Below are positions 49,767-59,935 of a stretch of 64,000 bases of DNA, in pieces (within the stretch, counting starts at the first letter, position 1; each line of letters starts with the position of its first letter). The position numbers and the translations under genes are program-made. This DNA is from Candidatus Latescibacterota bacterium (GTDB lineage: Bacteria > Latescibacterota > UBA2968). The DNA lies in contig OZ242311.1 of the NCBI GenBank assembly GCA_965207885.1, positions 3,360,001 through 3,424,000 on the forward strand, written 5' to 3'. Under the pieces are notes generated by a model that worked only from the letters and a program-made list of their open reading frames with translations, searched no databases and was not told the DNA's origin.

Positions 49767-51131
49767 CTATTGTGGTTCCGCATTGTGTTTTGGCAACCAG
49801 GATGACAGTTCTTGTTTGACCGAAACATACGCTTCCCGATCTGCCAGATTGTGGAACTCTTTCCCATCGTTTTGATGGTCGTATAATTCTTCCGAGCCGT
49901 CTTCATATCGGATATAACGCCATCTATCCGATCTTATTGCATGGTTATTGAATCCCTGTGTACAGACCACTGCGCGATGGGTCTCTTCCTCTGGATTATG
50001 CAGCAAAGGGACCAGACTCACGCCATCGAAGTCTCCTGATATTTTGCCGCCAGACAATTCGATCAGCGTGGGATAAATATCGAGCAGGCTGACAGCCTGC
50101 TTGCAGACCTTGCCCGAAGCAATCTCTCCAGGCGCAGCTATGATCATCGGTACCCGCGTGGTCTGCTCCCACAATGCGAATTTCTCCCAATGCTCCTTTT
50201 GCCCCAGATGATATCCATTGTCTGACCACAAAACAAGAATGGTATTTTTGGCGTGAGGCCCGTTTTGAAGTGCAGCTAATAGACGCCCAATCATGTCGTC
50301 GGTAAAACTGACAGCCGCATGATATGCCTGAACAGCCTCTTTCCATTTGTCATTTTCAACCATCCATTTGTGCCATGTACGCCTGGCCATAGCCTGACCT
50401 GCTTCTGGTACATCATCAAGATCATTTTCAAGAACCTCAGGTACCGCAACTTCGTCATAGGGATGTCTCTCGAAATACTCACCTGGCACGTACCAGGGAA
50501 TATGTGGTCGATAGATCCCCACGGCCAGAAACAAAGGTTGACCATGGTCTTGAGACAGTTGTTGTTCTGCCCACGACACGACTTTGGCATCGGCCATTTC
50601 ACCCGTTTCAATATCCAATGCCGCCCAATCAAAATATCCGCGATAAAACTTTTTGCTCCCATTTACAGGCCAAATATCTGGCGCGACTTCCTGAGGCATT
50701 TGACGGTTCTTCGATGGAAAGTATTCGTCCCAGGGGCGGGGATCGAGATATCCCATATACATCTTTTCGCTCAAGGTCGCCCCGTGGTACACCTTTCCGC
50801 CGCCAAGGGTTTTGTACCCCTTGTCCTTGAAATATTGAGGCAGTGTAACCCTATCTTTCAGGCTCTTACATTTTCTCCAGTCCTGCCTATTGAGATACAC
50901 GCCCGATGTTGATGGAGCCAATCCGGTCATCACACTTACACGCGAAGGATTGCAGGCAGGCGCTGCACAATGTGCATTGGTGAAATACACGCCCTTTTGG
51001 GCAAGCACATTCATATTGGGAGTATGAACAGATGTTTCTCCGTTCATCGCATCGGGACAGCCACACAGATCGTCAATGGCAATAAAGAGCACATTGGGTT
51101 GATTGCTTTTATTTGCTTTGGTGTCTGCCAT
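49767..51131 (-). CDS. Sulfatase (iduronate-2-sulfatase-like)
   Basis: PNVLFIAIDDL, CNPSR, GKVYH, YRPHIPW, WSDNGYHLG.K.HW.K; start set at ATG 51131. Confidence 0.93.
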   Translation of the reverse strand: MADTKANKSNQPNVLFIAIDDLCGCPDAMNGETSVHTPNMNVLAQKGVYFTNAHCAAPACNPSRVSVMTGLAPSTSGVYLNRQDWRKCKSLKDRVTLPQYFKDKGYKTLGGGKVYHGATLSEKMYMGYLDPRPWDEYFPSKNRQMPQEVAPDIWPVNGSKKFYRGYFDWAALDIETGEMADAKVVSWAEQQLSQDHGQPLFLAVGIYRPHIPWYVPGEYFERHPYDEVAVPEVLENDLDDVPEAGQAMARRTWHKWMVENDKWKEAVQAYHAAVSFTDDMIGRLLAALQNGPHAKNTILVLWSDNGYHLGQKEHWEKFALWEQTTRVPMIIAAPGEIASGKVCKQAVSLLDIYPTLIELSGGKISGDFDGVSLVPLLHNPEEETHRAVVCTQGFNNHAIRSDRWRYIRYEDGSEELYDHQNDGKEFHNLADREAYVSVKQELSSWLPKHNAEPQ

Positions 51132-51138
51132 GAACTGC

Positions 51139-52509
51139 CTAATCCTCATCGTGCCCTTTGAATCCCATGGCTGGGTCGAGAATCTCGCCTTCGCGAACCG
51201 GTGTGTGAGCGTCCCCGGCATACTGAGTCATCTTCTCGAGAATGTCAGAATACTGAGCAGCAACATCGTCCAGTTCCTCAATATCTGTGCTCAAGTCATA
51301 TAACTCAAACGGCCCGTCATTGTCTGGTCTCACGGCTTTCCAACTCCCCATACGAACAGCGCAACTTTTCCGATCCTCCCAGTACAGATACTCGTGCTGC
51401 GCCTGCGTGCGCCCGGCCTCACCGCACAATGTGGGCGCGATCGAAATACCATCAATCTCAGACCCGGACTTCGCCCCCGTCAATTCCGCCAGAGTGGGCA
51501 TCACATCCGGAAAGTACCCCAGATGATCAGAAACCGTTCCCGGCGCGATTTGACCCGGCCACCGGACGATGAAGGGAACCCGTAGCCCGCCTTCATAGAA
51601 ATTGCCCTTGCCCCCGCGGAAGCGTTCGCCCGTCCCGGGATTCAGATTGGGGGCAAAAAAGCCATGCGGATGATTATCATTTGCGAAATAAGGAGCGCCA
51701 CCATTGTCGCCGCAAGCAAAGATGATGGTCTTCTCGTCGATTTTCAACGCCTTCAGCAGATCCATAATCTCACCGATCTGGCGATCGGCCATTTCCATCA
51801 TAGCCCCATACATCTGTGCATCGTGCGGTCCTCTCTGGTTCGTGGCATCCCATTTCACGTCCTTGTACTTCTGCCAGGCCGGATCCGATTCGGGCATCAT
51901 CCACTGGCCGTGCGGAGGCGTCCACGGAAGATAGGCAAAGAACGGGCGATCTTTGTTCTCTCGTATGAACTTCAGCCCTTCTTCATAGATGAGGCCATGG
52001 GAGAACACCTCGCCAGTGTGGAAATCACCTGTATTCCCCTCCAGATACATCTTCTCGCTATTGTGGAGAAGGTACCTCGGATAGTACGTGTGTGCATGCA
52101 CCTGGTGATAGTAACCAAAGAAGGTGTCGAAGCCGTGTTTCTCAGGTACGCCCGTTGTCCCGGCATCACCCAGGCCCCACTTACCAAAGCCACCAGTCGC
52201 GTAGCCCTCGGCTTTGAGCATTTCAGCGATCGTCACATCATCCGGACGCAGCGCCAAACCGCCGCCATTTGCGCGGATCGTTGTGTGGCCCGTATGCTGA
52301 CCTGTCATCAGTGCACAGCGGGTCGGAGCACAGACATTGCCTCCCGCAAGCATTTGAGTAAACTGGATGCCCTCAGACGCCATCTTGTCGATATTGGGCG
52401 TCTGAAGAATCGGATGATCCATGGCGGACCACTCAAAGTACCCCCACTCATCCAGCATGATATAGATGATATTCGGCTTCTCAATGCCTGCGATGTTTTG
52501 TTTTTCCAT
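51139..52509 (-). CDS. Arylsulfatase (S1 family)
   Basis: PNIIYIMLDE, CAPTR, GKWGLG, GDNG, YEGGLRVP. Confidence 0.93.
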   Translation of the reverse strand: MEKQNIAGIEKPNIIYIMLDEWGYFEWSAMDHPILQTPNIDKMASEGIQFTQMLAGGNVCAPTRCALMTGQHTGHTTIRANGGGLALRPDDVTIAEMLKAEGYATGGFGKWGLGDAGTTGVPEKHGFDTFFGYYHQVHAHTYYPRYLLHNSEKMYLEGNTGDFHTGEVFSHGLIYEEGLKFIRENKDRPFFAYLPWTPPHGQWMMPESDPAWQKYKDVKWDATNQRGPHDAQMYGAMMEMADRQIGEIMDLLKALKIDEKTIIFACGDNGGAPYFANDNHPHGFFAPNLNPGTGERFRGGKGNFYEGGLRVPFIVRWPGQIAPGTVSDHLGYFPDVMPTLAELTGAKSGSEIDGISIAPTLCGEAGRTQAQHEYLYWEDRKSCAVRMGSWKAVRPDNDGPFELYDLSTDIEELDDVAAQYSDILEKMTQYAGDAHTPVREGEILDPAMGFKGHDED

Positions 52510-52538
52510 TGCCCTACTCCCTTCAGCTCATTTCTCTA

Positions 52539-54062
52539 TCACCAGGGATTCGTCGCATCCATCTCCCACTTCACGATGTCGCTCACAACGATGGACCCAT
52601 CCGAAGAGAACACCCGAACCTGATCACTATCCTCTCGCGTTGGATACACCCTCTGAACCATACAAATCTGAGAATTGACAAAAATCTCCATCACTGACCG
52701 ATCGACAAACACATGGAAGCGCAACGGACCTTCGCTTCGCGGTTCGAATGGCACGATCTGCTTCATCGAGCTGGCAGTCTCACCTTCCAATATTGGATAG
52801 GCGAGATCATCTGCGAGACTCGCATCCGAAAAATCAATGACAAATTCCCTCTTCGTCCCATCGTAGGAGATGACGGTCTCCTCCGCACAGCCGGGAGAGC
52901 AAAACAGTTTGAACCCAAATGTGTTTGTATTTCCAGAATCGATGGCAAACTTCAATTCCATACAAGTACCGCTCAATTCTTCGAAAACGAGTTCCTGTCC
53001 AGCCTTTACCCACACCGAATCGACGGGACGTTCGTTGAACCTCAATCTCTGAAGTTCCTCAACCGGACGAATCTCGAGGCGGTTATTCGCATCGGAAATA
53101 AAATGCCATGGCAGCGTCATGATGCTGCCCCATCCGTACTTTGACGTACTCCTCCCCTCGCGGATCCATCCCCAGAAAATTCTCCGACCGCGCCCGTCAA
53201 TCAGAGTTTCTGGTCCGGCAAGAAGACCGCCGAGATAGCTCAGTTGACCGTTCTCTTCAGGGTAAAATTGCTCATTTTCATATCGGCCGATATAATACTG
53301 ACATTTTGAGAATGGCAGATGGGTATGCATCACCAGCATATACCGATCGCCAAACGGAAAGAAATCCGAGCACGCGCAATCCTCGACCTCTTCCGTCCAT
53401 TTTCGATCCGACTTGTAGAAAGGCCCGACATACTTCCAACTCCTCAAATCCTTCGACTTGAACAGACTTGTGCAATCCCCTTCATACCCGGGCCGGTGGT
53501 TCTTATTTCCGATCAGAGCGTAGTACGTATCCCCTTCCTTCCAACCACTCGGGTCGAAAATCACGCATTCCGGATAGGGCGCATCTGGCTTCAGTGTGTT
53601 CGTCACGCGATTCCAGCCTGCATCAATGGGAATAACTGGATTCTCATCGAGCGGAACCCAATGGTCGAGCCGGTCATCGTAACACTGATAAATGCAGATC
53701 CCTTTGCGCGGCATATTGGTGATAATTGTCGGAACCTCACAGCCTTCCATCGCATCACCGCTGTTAAAATAATCTCCCTTTTTGCCTTCAAGCGGCTCTC
53801 GCAGAGATGCTTTGTGGTAGGTCCAGTGAAGAAGGTCCCGGCTCGAAATATGCTGCCAACTGGAAAAATCCCTCTCACCGGATCCATTTGCAATCTTTTG
53901 CAAATACCCGATATGGTATCGCCCCATCCAGTAAATCGCGCCATTTATGTCATTCCATCGACCTTCTGGAGGCAAAAAATGGTATCGCGGGCGGTGTCGA
54001 TCAGCAACCATCTTTTCCCTGGACTCATAGACCTCCATCAAAAAATCGTCATAATTTTGCAC
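52539..54062 (-). CDS. GH32-family protein with altered catalytic motifs
   Basis: RPRYHF.PP..RWNDING, SRDLLHW, FNSG, FDP, C.DFF, C-terminal FVDRSV.EIF.N; AAGGAG RBS and GTG 54062. Confidence 0.88.
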   Translation of the reverse strand: MQNYDDFLMEVYESREKMVADRHRPRYHFLPPEGRWNDINGAIYWMGRYHIGYLQKIANGSGERDFSSWQHISSRDLLHWTYHKASLREPLEGKKGDYFNSGDAMEGCEVPTIITNMPRKGICIYQCYDDRLDHWVPLDENPVIPIDAGWNRVTNTLKPDAPYPECVIFDPSGWKEGDTYYALIGNKNHRPGYEGDCTSLFKSKDLRSWKYVGPFYKSDRKWTEEVEDCACSDFFPFGDRYMLVMHTHLPFSKCQYYIGRYENEQFYPEENGQLSYLGGLLAGPETLIDGRGRRIFWGWIREGRSTSKYGWGSIMTLPWHFISDANNRLEIRPVEELQRLRFNERPVDSVWVKAGQELVFEELSGTCMELKFAIDSGNTNTFGFKLFCSPGCAEETVISYDGTKREFVIDFSDASLADDLAYPILEGETASSMKQIVPFEPRSEGPLRFHVFVDRSVMEIFVNSQICMVQRVYPTREDSDQVRVFSSDGSIVVSDIVKWEMDATNPW

Positions 54063-54081
54063 ACAGTCTCCTTTCACCCTA

Positions 54082-55203
54082 CTACCCGATTGCCCAATTC
54101 GGGCCGTTCACAGGCTCCAATTGCCCGCTATCAGCAGAACGGATTCCAGCATCCACAATGGCCGTTGCATCGAGATTCATGCCCACCTGCAGCGTTTCAT
54201 GCAGAGGCTCACCCGTGTCCAGATGGTGAATTAATTCCTCGGATATCTGACGACGTCCCTGGGGCAGCCTCTCGCACGAATAGGTGACACTCTCACCGGC
54301 CTCTACCTGGACAGTTGGCTTGCCCCTACCTCCCCCTACCACCAACGTGCCTTTCGTCCCATATACGATCGGACCATTCGGCACTCCCTGATGCCTGGTA
54401 GTCCAGGTTCCCTCAAACACGCCCATTGCACGCGAGAACCGGACGATCATCACGCCGTTGTCGTCTGCGTCACCCCACGGGCTATTCAAGTTCGCTCGCA
54501 TTCCGATTGCTGACACGCCAGGTTCACCGATATACCATCGCGCGACAAGGGCTCCATAGGAACAGAAGTCCAGCATCGCACCCCCGCCATCCGACGCGCG
54601 ATGCCACCAGGTAGCGCCCAACTCCCGTTCGGTCATCGCTTCCGCACCTCCGCTCACGCCTGCGTGACTAACACCTGCCCCGAGCGGTCCGCGGTGACCA
54701 CCCCGCCAACGGACTTCGAGTACGCGGCCGATCACGCCTTGATCAATCAGCTCTTTGGCCTTTCTCGCAGCAGGACGCCACGTAATCGGCCAATTCACCG
54801 CCATTGTCACCCCTGCAGCTTCGCAAGCGCGGGCCATCTGCAACGCATCAGACATCGACATTGCCATCGGTTTCTCTACGCATACCTGAGCATTCGCCTG
54901 CGCGCAGGCGGCCACCACTTCCGGGTGGCGCGCATTTTCGGTCGTGCAGATTGCGATGTCGAGCGCTTCCTTCGCCAGCATCTCTCGATAATCTTCGTAC
55001 GCTTTCGGAATCCCTATCGTGTTCAGCGCGTTTTTCATATTCCACCCGCGAGAGTACGGCGCTTCGCGCAACTCGGGAACCGTCGGCACGGTATCCGCAC
55101 AGGCCACCATGTCAACCTGCGAGTGTTGTGCAAACAACGCGGCAACATTGTTGACGTGCATATGTGCAAAACCGATTACGCCGACCCGGTATGTATGGCT
55201 CAT
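54082..55203 (-). CDS. Gfo/Idh/MocA family oxidoreductase
   Basis: VGVIGFAHMH, VEKPMA, GGGAMLD; GGAGG RBS. Confidence 0.92.
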   Translation of the reverse strand: MSHTYRVGVIGFAHMHVNNVAALFAQHSQVDMVACADTVPTVPELREAPYSRGWNMKNALNTIGIPKAYEDYREMLAKEALDIAICTTENARHPEVVAACAQANAQVCVEKPMAMSMSDALQMARACEAAGVTMAVNWPITWRPAARKAKELIDQGVIGRVLEVRWRGGHRGPLGAGVSHAGVSGGAEAMTERELGATWWHRASDGGGAMLDFCSYGALVARWYIGEPGVSAIGMRANLNSPWGDADDNGVMIVRFSRAMGVFEGTWTTRHQGVPNGPIVYGTKGTLVVGGGRGKPTVQVEAGESVTYSCERLPQGRRQISEELIHHLDTGEPLHETLQVGMNLDATAIVDAGIRSADSGQLEPVNGPNWAIG

Positions 55204-55257
55204 ATCCCTCCTCCTGTTGGCACCTGGTTACGCCTGTAATGAAACGAAATGCTTTCC

Positions 55258-55280
55258 TTATCCGCGAATCGGTCCCGGAT
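55258..55280 (-). pseudogene. 23-nt scar: 3' tip of a lost PhyH paralog (PGPIRG-stop)
   Basis: 20/23 identical to 63790-63812; 55265-55280 is 15/16 identical to 59064-59079. Confidence 0.6.
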
Positions 55281-55296
55281 TTGGCTATCACTTCGA

Positions 55297-57036
55297 TTAG
55301 ATCGATAAACAACAGACCCTTAGATAATAGACCCCACATAGCACCTCATCGTCCTTATCACAAAAAACAGAGCGTATAGTCGTTTTGCCCTTTTCCAGAC
55401 TCAAAGTAGCACTTACAGTTGCGTCGTTCTGCCCGACGGCTATCTCTCTATTCTGTCCCTCCACGGCGAGTATTGCCTTCGTTATCGGCAAGCTTATACC
55501 TTCTGGAAAGATGTCATCTTCCGCTCGATATTCATCCAATCCGCCTGCGATGGCGGTCTCTGCTTCAGGCGGCCAGCGACGCATCTCAAAGGTGTACTCA
55601 CCTGCTTTCTCGATTTCAATGTGCCAGTCGCCAAAGATGCGAGCTCCCTGGCGAACAGAACGCTGACGCGTATTATTTACCTCACCTTCGTAATCATCCC
55701 AGTCAAAGAGACACAGATTGACAACTTGCGTGCTCTTTCCGCCCACAGGAAACGCGTTGACCCGCTGAATGCTCGGCTCAACGGAATGCCACCATGCTTC
55801 ATAGTGTTTGCTCAACTCGACCACAATGTCAGGATATTCATTCGAAATGTCATTCTCCTGCGCAGGATCGTTTTCGATGTCGTATAATTCTTTCCCGGAA
55901 ATAAGTCTCCAATTCTGCCAGATAACGCACGCATCACCTTTTTGCGGCACAGGGGGACGCCTGGTGAACTGGACCACGAGTTTACGCTCATTGAGAGCCT
56001 TGCTCTCACCGCCCAGAAGAATCGGACTCAGGTCCATACCATCGCAATAGAAATCTTCAGGTGCATCCAACCTGCACAGGGTCATTAATGTGGGTAGAAT
56101 GTCCTGAACTTGCGTCACTTGCACCAGATCCTGTCCGGGTTTGAGGTTCCCCTTTTGCCAGCGGATAAAACTCGGGACACGATGACCGCCTTCGAAAAGC
56201 GTGCCTTTGCTGCCCCGCATACCTGCATTGTAGTATTCCACACCTGCCGTACCGCCATTGTCGGTCATGAACATCAAGATCGTATTCTCTTTCAGCTCAT
56301 TCTCTTCCAGGAACTCGTCCAGCCGAGTGATATTCTCATCTATATTGGCAATCATACCAAAAAAGCTGGAAAGTTTATGTCCTAAATGCCGATACGGTTC
56401 ACGGTATTGGTCGGGAACATAGTGAGGACCATGAGGACAATTTGTAGGAAGGTAGAGAAAGAATGGAGCCGAAGCCTCGCGACATTCCTCTATAAAGGCA
56501 ATGGCTTCACGAAACCACACATCGGTGCAATACCCCTTAAATTGTCTCACCTCGTCTTTATCCCAATAGTGATCATCGAAATAGTCGTTGTTCCAGTAAT
56601 CCGGCGTCTGCGTAATGGCCGCGCCTTTGTGGTGGATCGACGCATCAAAACCGCGATCATGCGGACGAAAGGGATAATTGTCTCCGAGATGCCATTTTCC
56701 AAAATGCCCGGTCTGATAGCCGTTTGCCCTGAAAATGTCAGCCATTGTTGGGATCTCAGGAAAAATGCACTCATGCCCATAAGCCCAGGAGTATGCACCG
56801 TTGCGTAATGCATCACATCCGGTAAGGAGTTGACTGCGAGTAGGCGTACAGATTGGCGCCACATGGAAGTTGTCCAGGCGGACACTCTCCTCACGCAGCT
56901 TGTCCATGCCTGGCGTTTGAAGTTCCGGATTGCCATGGCAGGCCAAATCTCCGTAGCCCTGATCATCGGTAAGCAGGATAATCACGTTTGGTCTATTCTC
57001 TTCCACGAGTAAAGCTCCCGGAAACGGTTCTTTCAT
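55297..57036 (-). CDS. Arylsulfatase with C-terminal extension
   Basis: LTDDQGYGD, CTPTR, GKWHLGD, TDNG; start ATG 57036 (TAATG overlap) or GTG 57006. Confidence 0.93.
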   Translation of the reverse strand: MKEPFPGALLVEENRPNVIILLTDDQGYGDLACHGNPELQTPGMDKLREESVRLDNFHVAPICTPTRSQLLTGCDALRNGAYSWAYGHECIFPEIPTMADIFRANGYQTGHFGKWHLGDNYPFRPHDRGFDASIHHKGAAITQTPDYWNNDYFDDHYWDKDEVRQFKGYCTDVWFREAIAFIEECREASAPFFLYLPTNCPHGPHYVPDQYREPYRHLGHKLSSFFGMIANIDENITRLDEFLEENELKENTILMFMTDNGGTAGVEYYNAGMRGSKGTLFEGGHRVPSFIRWQKGNLKPGQDLVQVTQVQDILPTLMTLCRLDAPEDFYCDGMDLSPILLGGESKALNERKLVVQFTRRPPVPQKGDACVIWQNWRLISGKELYDIENDPAQENDISNEYPDIVVELSKHYEAWWHSVEPSIQRVNAFPVGGKSTQVVNLCLFDWDDYEGEVNNTRQRSVRQGARIFGDWHIEIEKAGEYTFEMRRWPPEAETAIAGGLDEYRAEDDIFPEGISLPITKAILAVEGQNREIAVGQNDATVSATLSLEKGKTTIRSVFCDKDDEVLCGVYYLRVCCLSI

Positions 57037-57716
57037 TACTTTTCTACGGGGGGCCACAAATGCGTCGACACCCCACGCCTGGGTTCACCTGTTGTATTCC
57101 CACTCGTATAGTGCAGGGTCCGTCCGTGGTGAAAGGTTGCATCACCCGGTTCATACTCTACCACCACGGCCTGGCTTTCGTCCACAATCACTTCCAGCGC
57201 ATTGTTAATCGGATTTTTGTGTTTCGCACTGATGTGTTCTGCAATCCCTTTCAAGTGACTGCCGGGAATAAACTGTAAAGACCCCATTTCCTTTGTCGCC
57301 TTAGACAAAGCCAGCCAGCACGTCAGCGCCCGATGGTTCGCTTCACCCGGCCAACCATATCCCGCATCCTGGTGCCACAATAATTCCACCTGAGAGTGAG
57401 GTGGTTTGTAAATTAACTGATCGTACCGATAGTCAATATCCTCACCCAGCAACTCCTTTCCTATCTGCACAATGCGCTGTCGATATTCATGATCTTCCCA
57501 CCCAGGTATCCTCAATGAAGGATTGCCAAGTTGCAGCGTCTTACCCGGTGCAATGCGGTCCTTCCAGGCCGGCACATCAAACTCATCACGAGTCGCCCGA
57601 TCATAATCTCGTGCCAGTCCAGCAACCATCTCTTCATGAATCAGGTGCCGCACCACAACAAACCCATCGCGATGAAAAATATCGATCTGCTCCTGCGTCA
57701 GAATTCGCTCTGACAT
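57036..57716 (-). CDS. PhyH family dioxygenase
   Basis: WHQD, GSLQFIPGSH, GDATFH....H...GN....R. Confidence 0.9.
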   Translation of the reverse strand: MSERILTQEQIDIFHRDGFVVVRHLIHEEMVAGLARDYDRATRDEFDVPAWKDRIAPGKTLQLGNPSLRIPGWEDHEYRQRIVQIGKELLGEDIDYRYDQLIYKPPHSQVELLWHQDAGYGWPGEANHRALTCWLALSKATKEMGSLQFIPGSHLKGIAEHISAKHKNPINNALEVIVDESQAVVVEYEPGDATFHHGRTLHYTSGNTTGEPRRGVSTHLWPPVEK

Positions 57717-57769
57717 ACCTATCACACCTTTCTCAAAGATATCACATAGATCATGATTCTATGGTTCTG

Positions 57770-58951
57770 TCATCTGGCAGACTCGCCCCGGTTGCGTTCC
57801 CATTCCTCAACGCTCATGTCCCCGGCGACGATGTGGCTGTTGTCGCCGATGCGGTCTGGATGGCGCAGTTCCGGTTGATCCACAAACCTGGCGCGCAACG
57901 CCTTGTGTTGGTTCTCTGGCTGTAGCACATCCTCCTCGCCCTCGGCGAGGTGCCGATACAGCAGCTTCAGTTCCGGGGAGAACCTGGCGAAAACCTCTCG
58001 CGGCACGTAGGTCCTTAGTGTGTGGCCGCCCGAGTGCAAGTTGCCAAACTCATTCCCAGACAGCCACCATGGCGCATATCGGCACACCACCGCCGTGCGC
58101 TCGTGTTCGCTCTGGTTAAGCCCGGTCGAGTGCCAGCTCCTTGTGTCCTGCATAAAAACCGAGCCCGCCGGGGCAGAGACCTGGAATTCTCCTGGAATTG
58201 ACGCACGCGCGTCGATGCCGTCGTCGGGACCTCGCGGGTTACGCGGGTCTTTGTGCGACCCCGGCACGATCCACGTGCCGCCGTTGAACGGGGTCACGTC
58301 TTCCGGACCGAGGTACCAGACCGTGGATAGTGCCATGCAGACGTCGGGGAAGGGCTGGGTGACTGCGCCGCAGTGCTTCCAGGGATGCTCGCTGTTTGGA
58401 CCATACGCGCTCAGATCGTGTGGCCAGTCAGAATGCCAACCGCGGTGCTTAAGCTGCTGCTCGGATAGCGGTTTCTTAGCCGGTCGCGACGACTTGTTGA
58501 CCTCCGTCTGCAAAATACGAATGTGCGTATCGAGCATGGCTCTGGCAACCCGCAGTACGCGAGGCTCCGCGAGGTACTCGGCGAAGGTCTCGCACCGCGC
58601 GATATCGCACAGTTCGGCGTGCGGTGCCATAGGTGGCCGCACCGGGTCCTCGCGCCATCTTTCGAAGCGCTCAGGGCTGTCGTCGATCTCGGCATCGGGG
58701 TCTCTCTGACGCTCTATCTCTATGCGCTTGCGGCGCTCCGCCTCGCGGTCCTGTTGCAACAGCTCGCGACCCCGGTGCACACTCTCGCGCACCGCGTCAA
58801 CCTGATCTTTGGGAATCACCCGCTCAATGACGCAGAAACCCTGGGTTCGCAGCGATTGCACATACCCCTCAATCTCTGCATCGTTGGGAATGCCCGTGCC
58901 GATGGAGTAAGGGACGCGCAGCCGCTCATCTAAATTTAAGTGTTTTGACAT
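57770..58951 (-). CDS. PhyH family dioxygenase (type B), GC-rich
   Basis: GWHSD, NGGTWIVPGSH, AGSV...D.R.WH. Confidence 0.88.
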   Translation of the reverse strand: MSKHLNLDERLRVPYSIGTGIPNDAEIEGYVQSLRTQGFCVIERVIPKDQVDAVRESVHRGRELLQQDREAERRKRIEIERQRDPDAEIDDSPERFERWREDPVRPPMAPHAELCDIARCETFAEYLAEPRVLRVARAMLDTHIRILQTEVNKSSRPAKKPLSEQQLKHRGWHSDWPHDLSAYGPNSEHPWKHCGAVTQPFPDVCMALSTVWYLGPEDVTPFNGGTWIVPGSHKDPRNPRGPDDGIDARASIPGEFQVSAPAGSVFMQDTRSWHSTGLNQSEHERTAVVCRYAPWWLSGNEFGNLHSGGHTLRTYVPREVFARFSPELKLLYRHLAEGEEDVLQPENQHKALRARFVDQPELRHPDRIGDNSHIVAGDMSVEEWERNRGESAR

Positions 58952-59059
58952 AATCAACTCACTTGGTTTAAGGGTTTAAAAAAGCTGTGGCAGATGTATA
59001 ATCTTCTTGTTCGGCCATATTTGGTTCTCTGGTTGAAAATGAAAAACTGGAGATGTGGC

Positions 59060-59851
59060 TCAACGAATCGGTCCTGGATAAGAACACGCCATCCCATTGC
59101 GGATGAGCATTCCCCGATCGGCCTGATTCGCCTTTTCAGCCATCTCTTCGCGAAACGTGATCATAACACCGCCCCATCGCGTGCGATCGCTCGGATTCGG
59201 TGGACTCATATGCCACATATGCGCATGCCAGACCACCGCATCGCCCGGTCCCAAGGGCACAGGTTCAGGCGTCTTATCCTTCAAAAGCTCACGCGGAATC
59301 TCTGGGTGCAACCCATTATACTGCACATGTTCAATCACATCGCCTTTGTGGGCGCCTGGCATCACATGCAAACACCCATTCTCCAGATCGACAGTCTCCA
59401 GAGCCACCCAACAATTAAAATGTTCGCGCTTGTGTGGCCTGATGCCACGCGAGGCATCGCGCTCCCACAACCAAATGTCCTGATGCCAGGGAACCGATTC
59501 GCCGATTCGAGCCTGCTTCGTAAAAAAACGCGTGCCTTGCACGCGAACATTCTCACCCAGAAAGCGTTGGTTCATTGCAATCACATTCTCTGCTGTCAGC
59601 CACTCCTCCCAAAGCACCCGGCTATGAAGGTCCCGATCGCCCACAGCCCATACCGCCGCATCACCGTCAACACCTGTGTCATCTGCGCGATCAGTGGTCA
59701 ATCTGAATCCTTCCGGCTTTTCTGCGATGACCCGTTCAAGTTCACTTCGCACGGCCTCAACTGCCTGGGCTGTAAGCAGGTTTCGAACCACAAAATAACC
59801 ACGTTCTTCAAACTGCGCCTCTGCATCTTCGGGGATATAAAACGCACCCAT
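59060..59851 (-). CDS. PhyH family dioxygenase (type A)
   Basis: WHQD, ENGCLHVMPGAH, GD...WH...WH.SPPN.S.R.R; AAGGAG RBS. Confidence 0.92.
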   Translation of the reverse strand: MGAFYIPEDAEAQFEERGYFVVRNLLTAQAVEAVRSELERVIAEKPEGFRLTTDRADDTGVDGDAAVWAVGDRDLHSRVLWEEWLTAENVIAMNQRFLGENVRVQGTRFFTKQARIGESVPWHQDIWLWERDASRGIRPHKREHFNCWVALETVDLENGCLHVMPGAHKGDVIEHVQYNGLHPEIPRELLKDKTPEPVPLGPGDAVVWHAHMWHMSPPNPSDRTRWGGVMITFREEMAEKANQADRGMLIRNGMACSYPGPIR

Positions 59852-59935
59852 ATGCTACTCCTTCCTGGCGGTTGTACCATCTACAAGGGTATCCTAACTG
59901 TTCACGAATTTACTCGCCCAAATTCTATTCTTTCT

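Noticed and set aside
58968-59018. Mini-ORF MAEQEDYTSATAFLNP between PhyH genes
   Set aside because: Weak RBS, 16 codons, no supporting similarity
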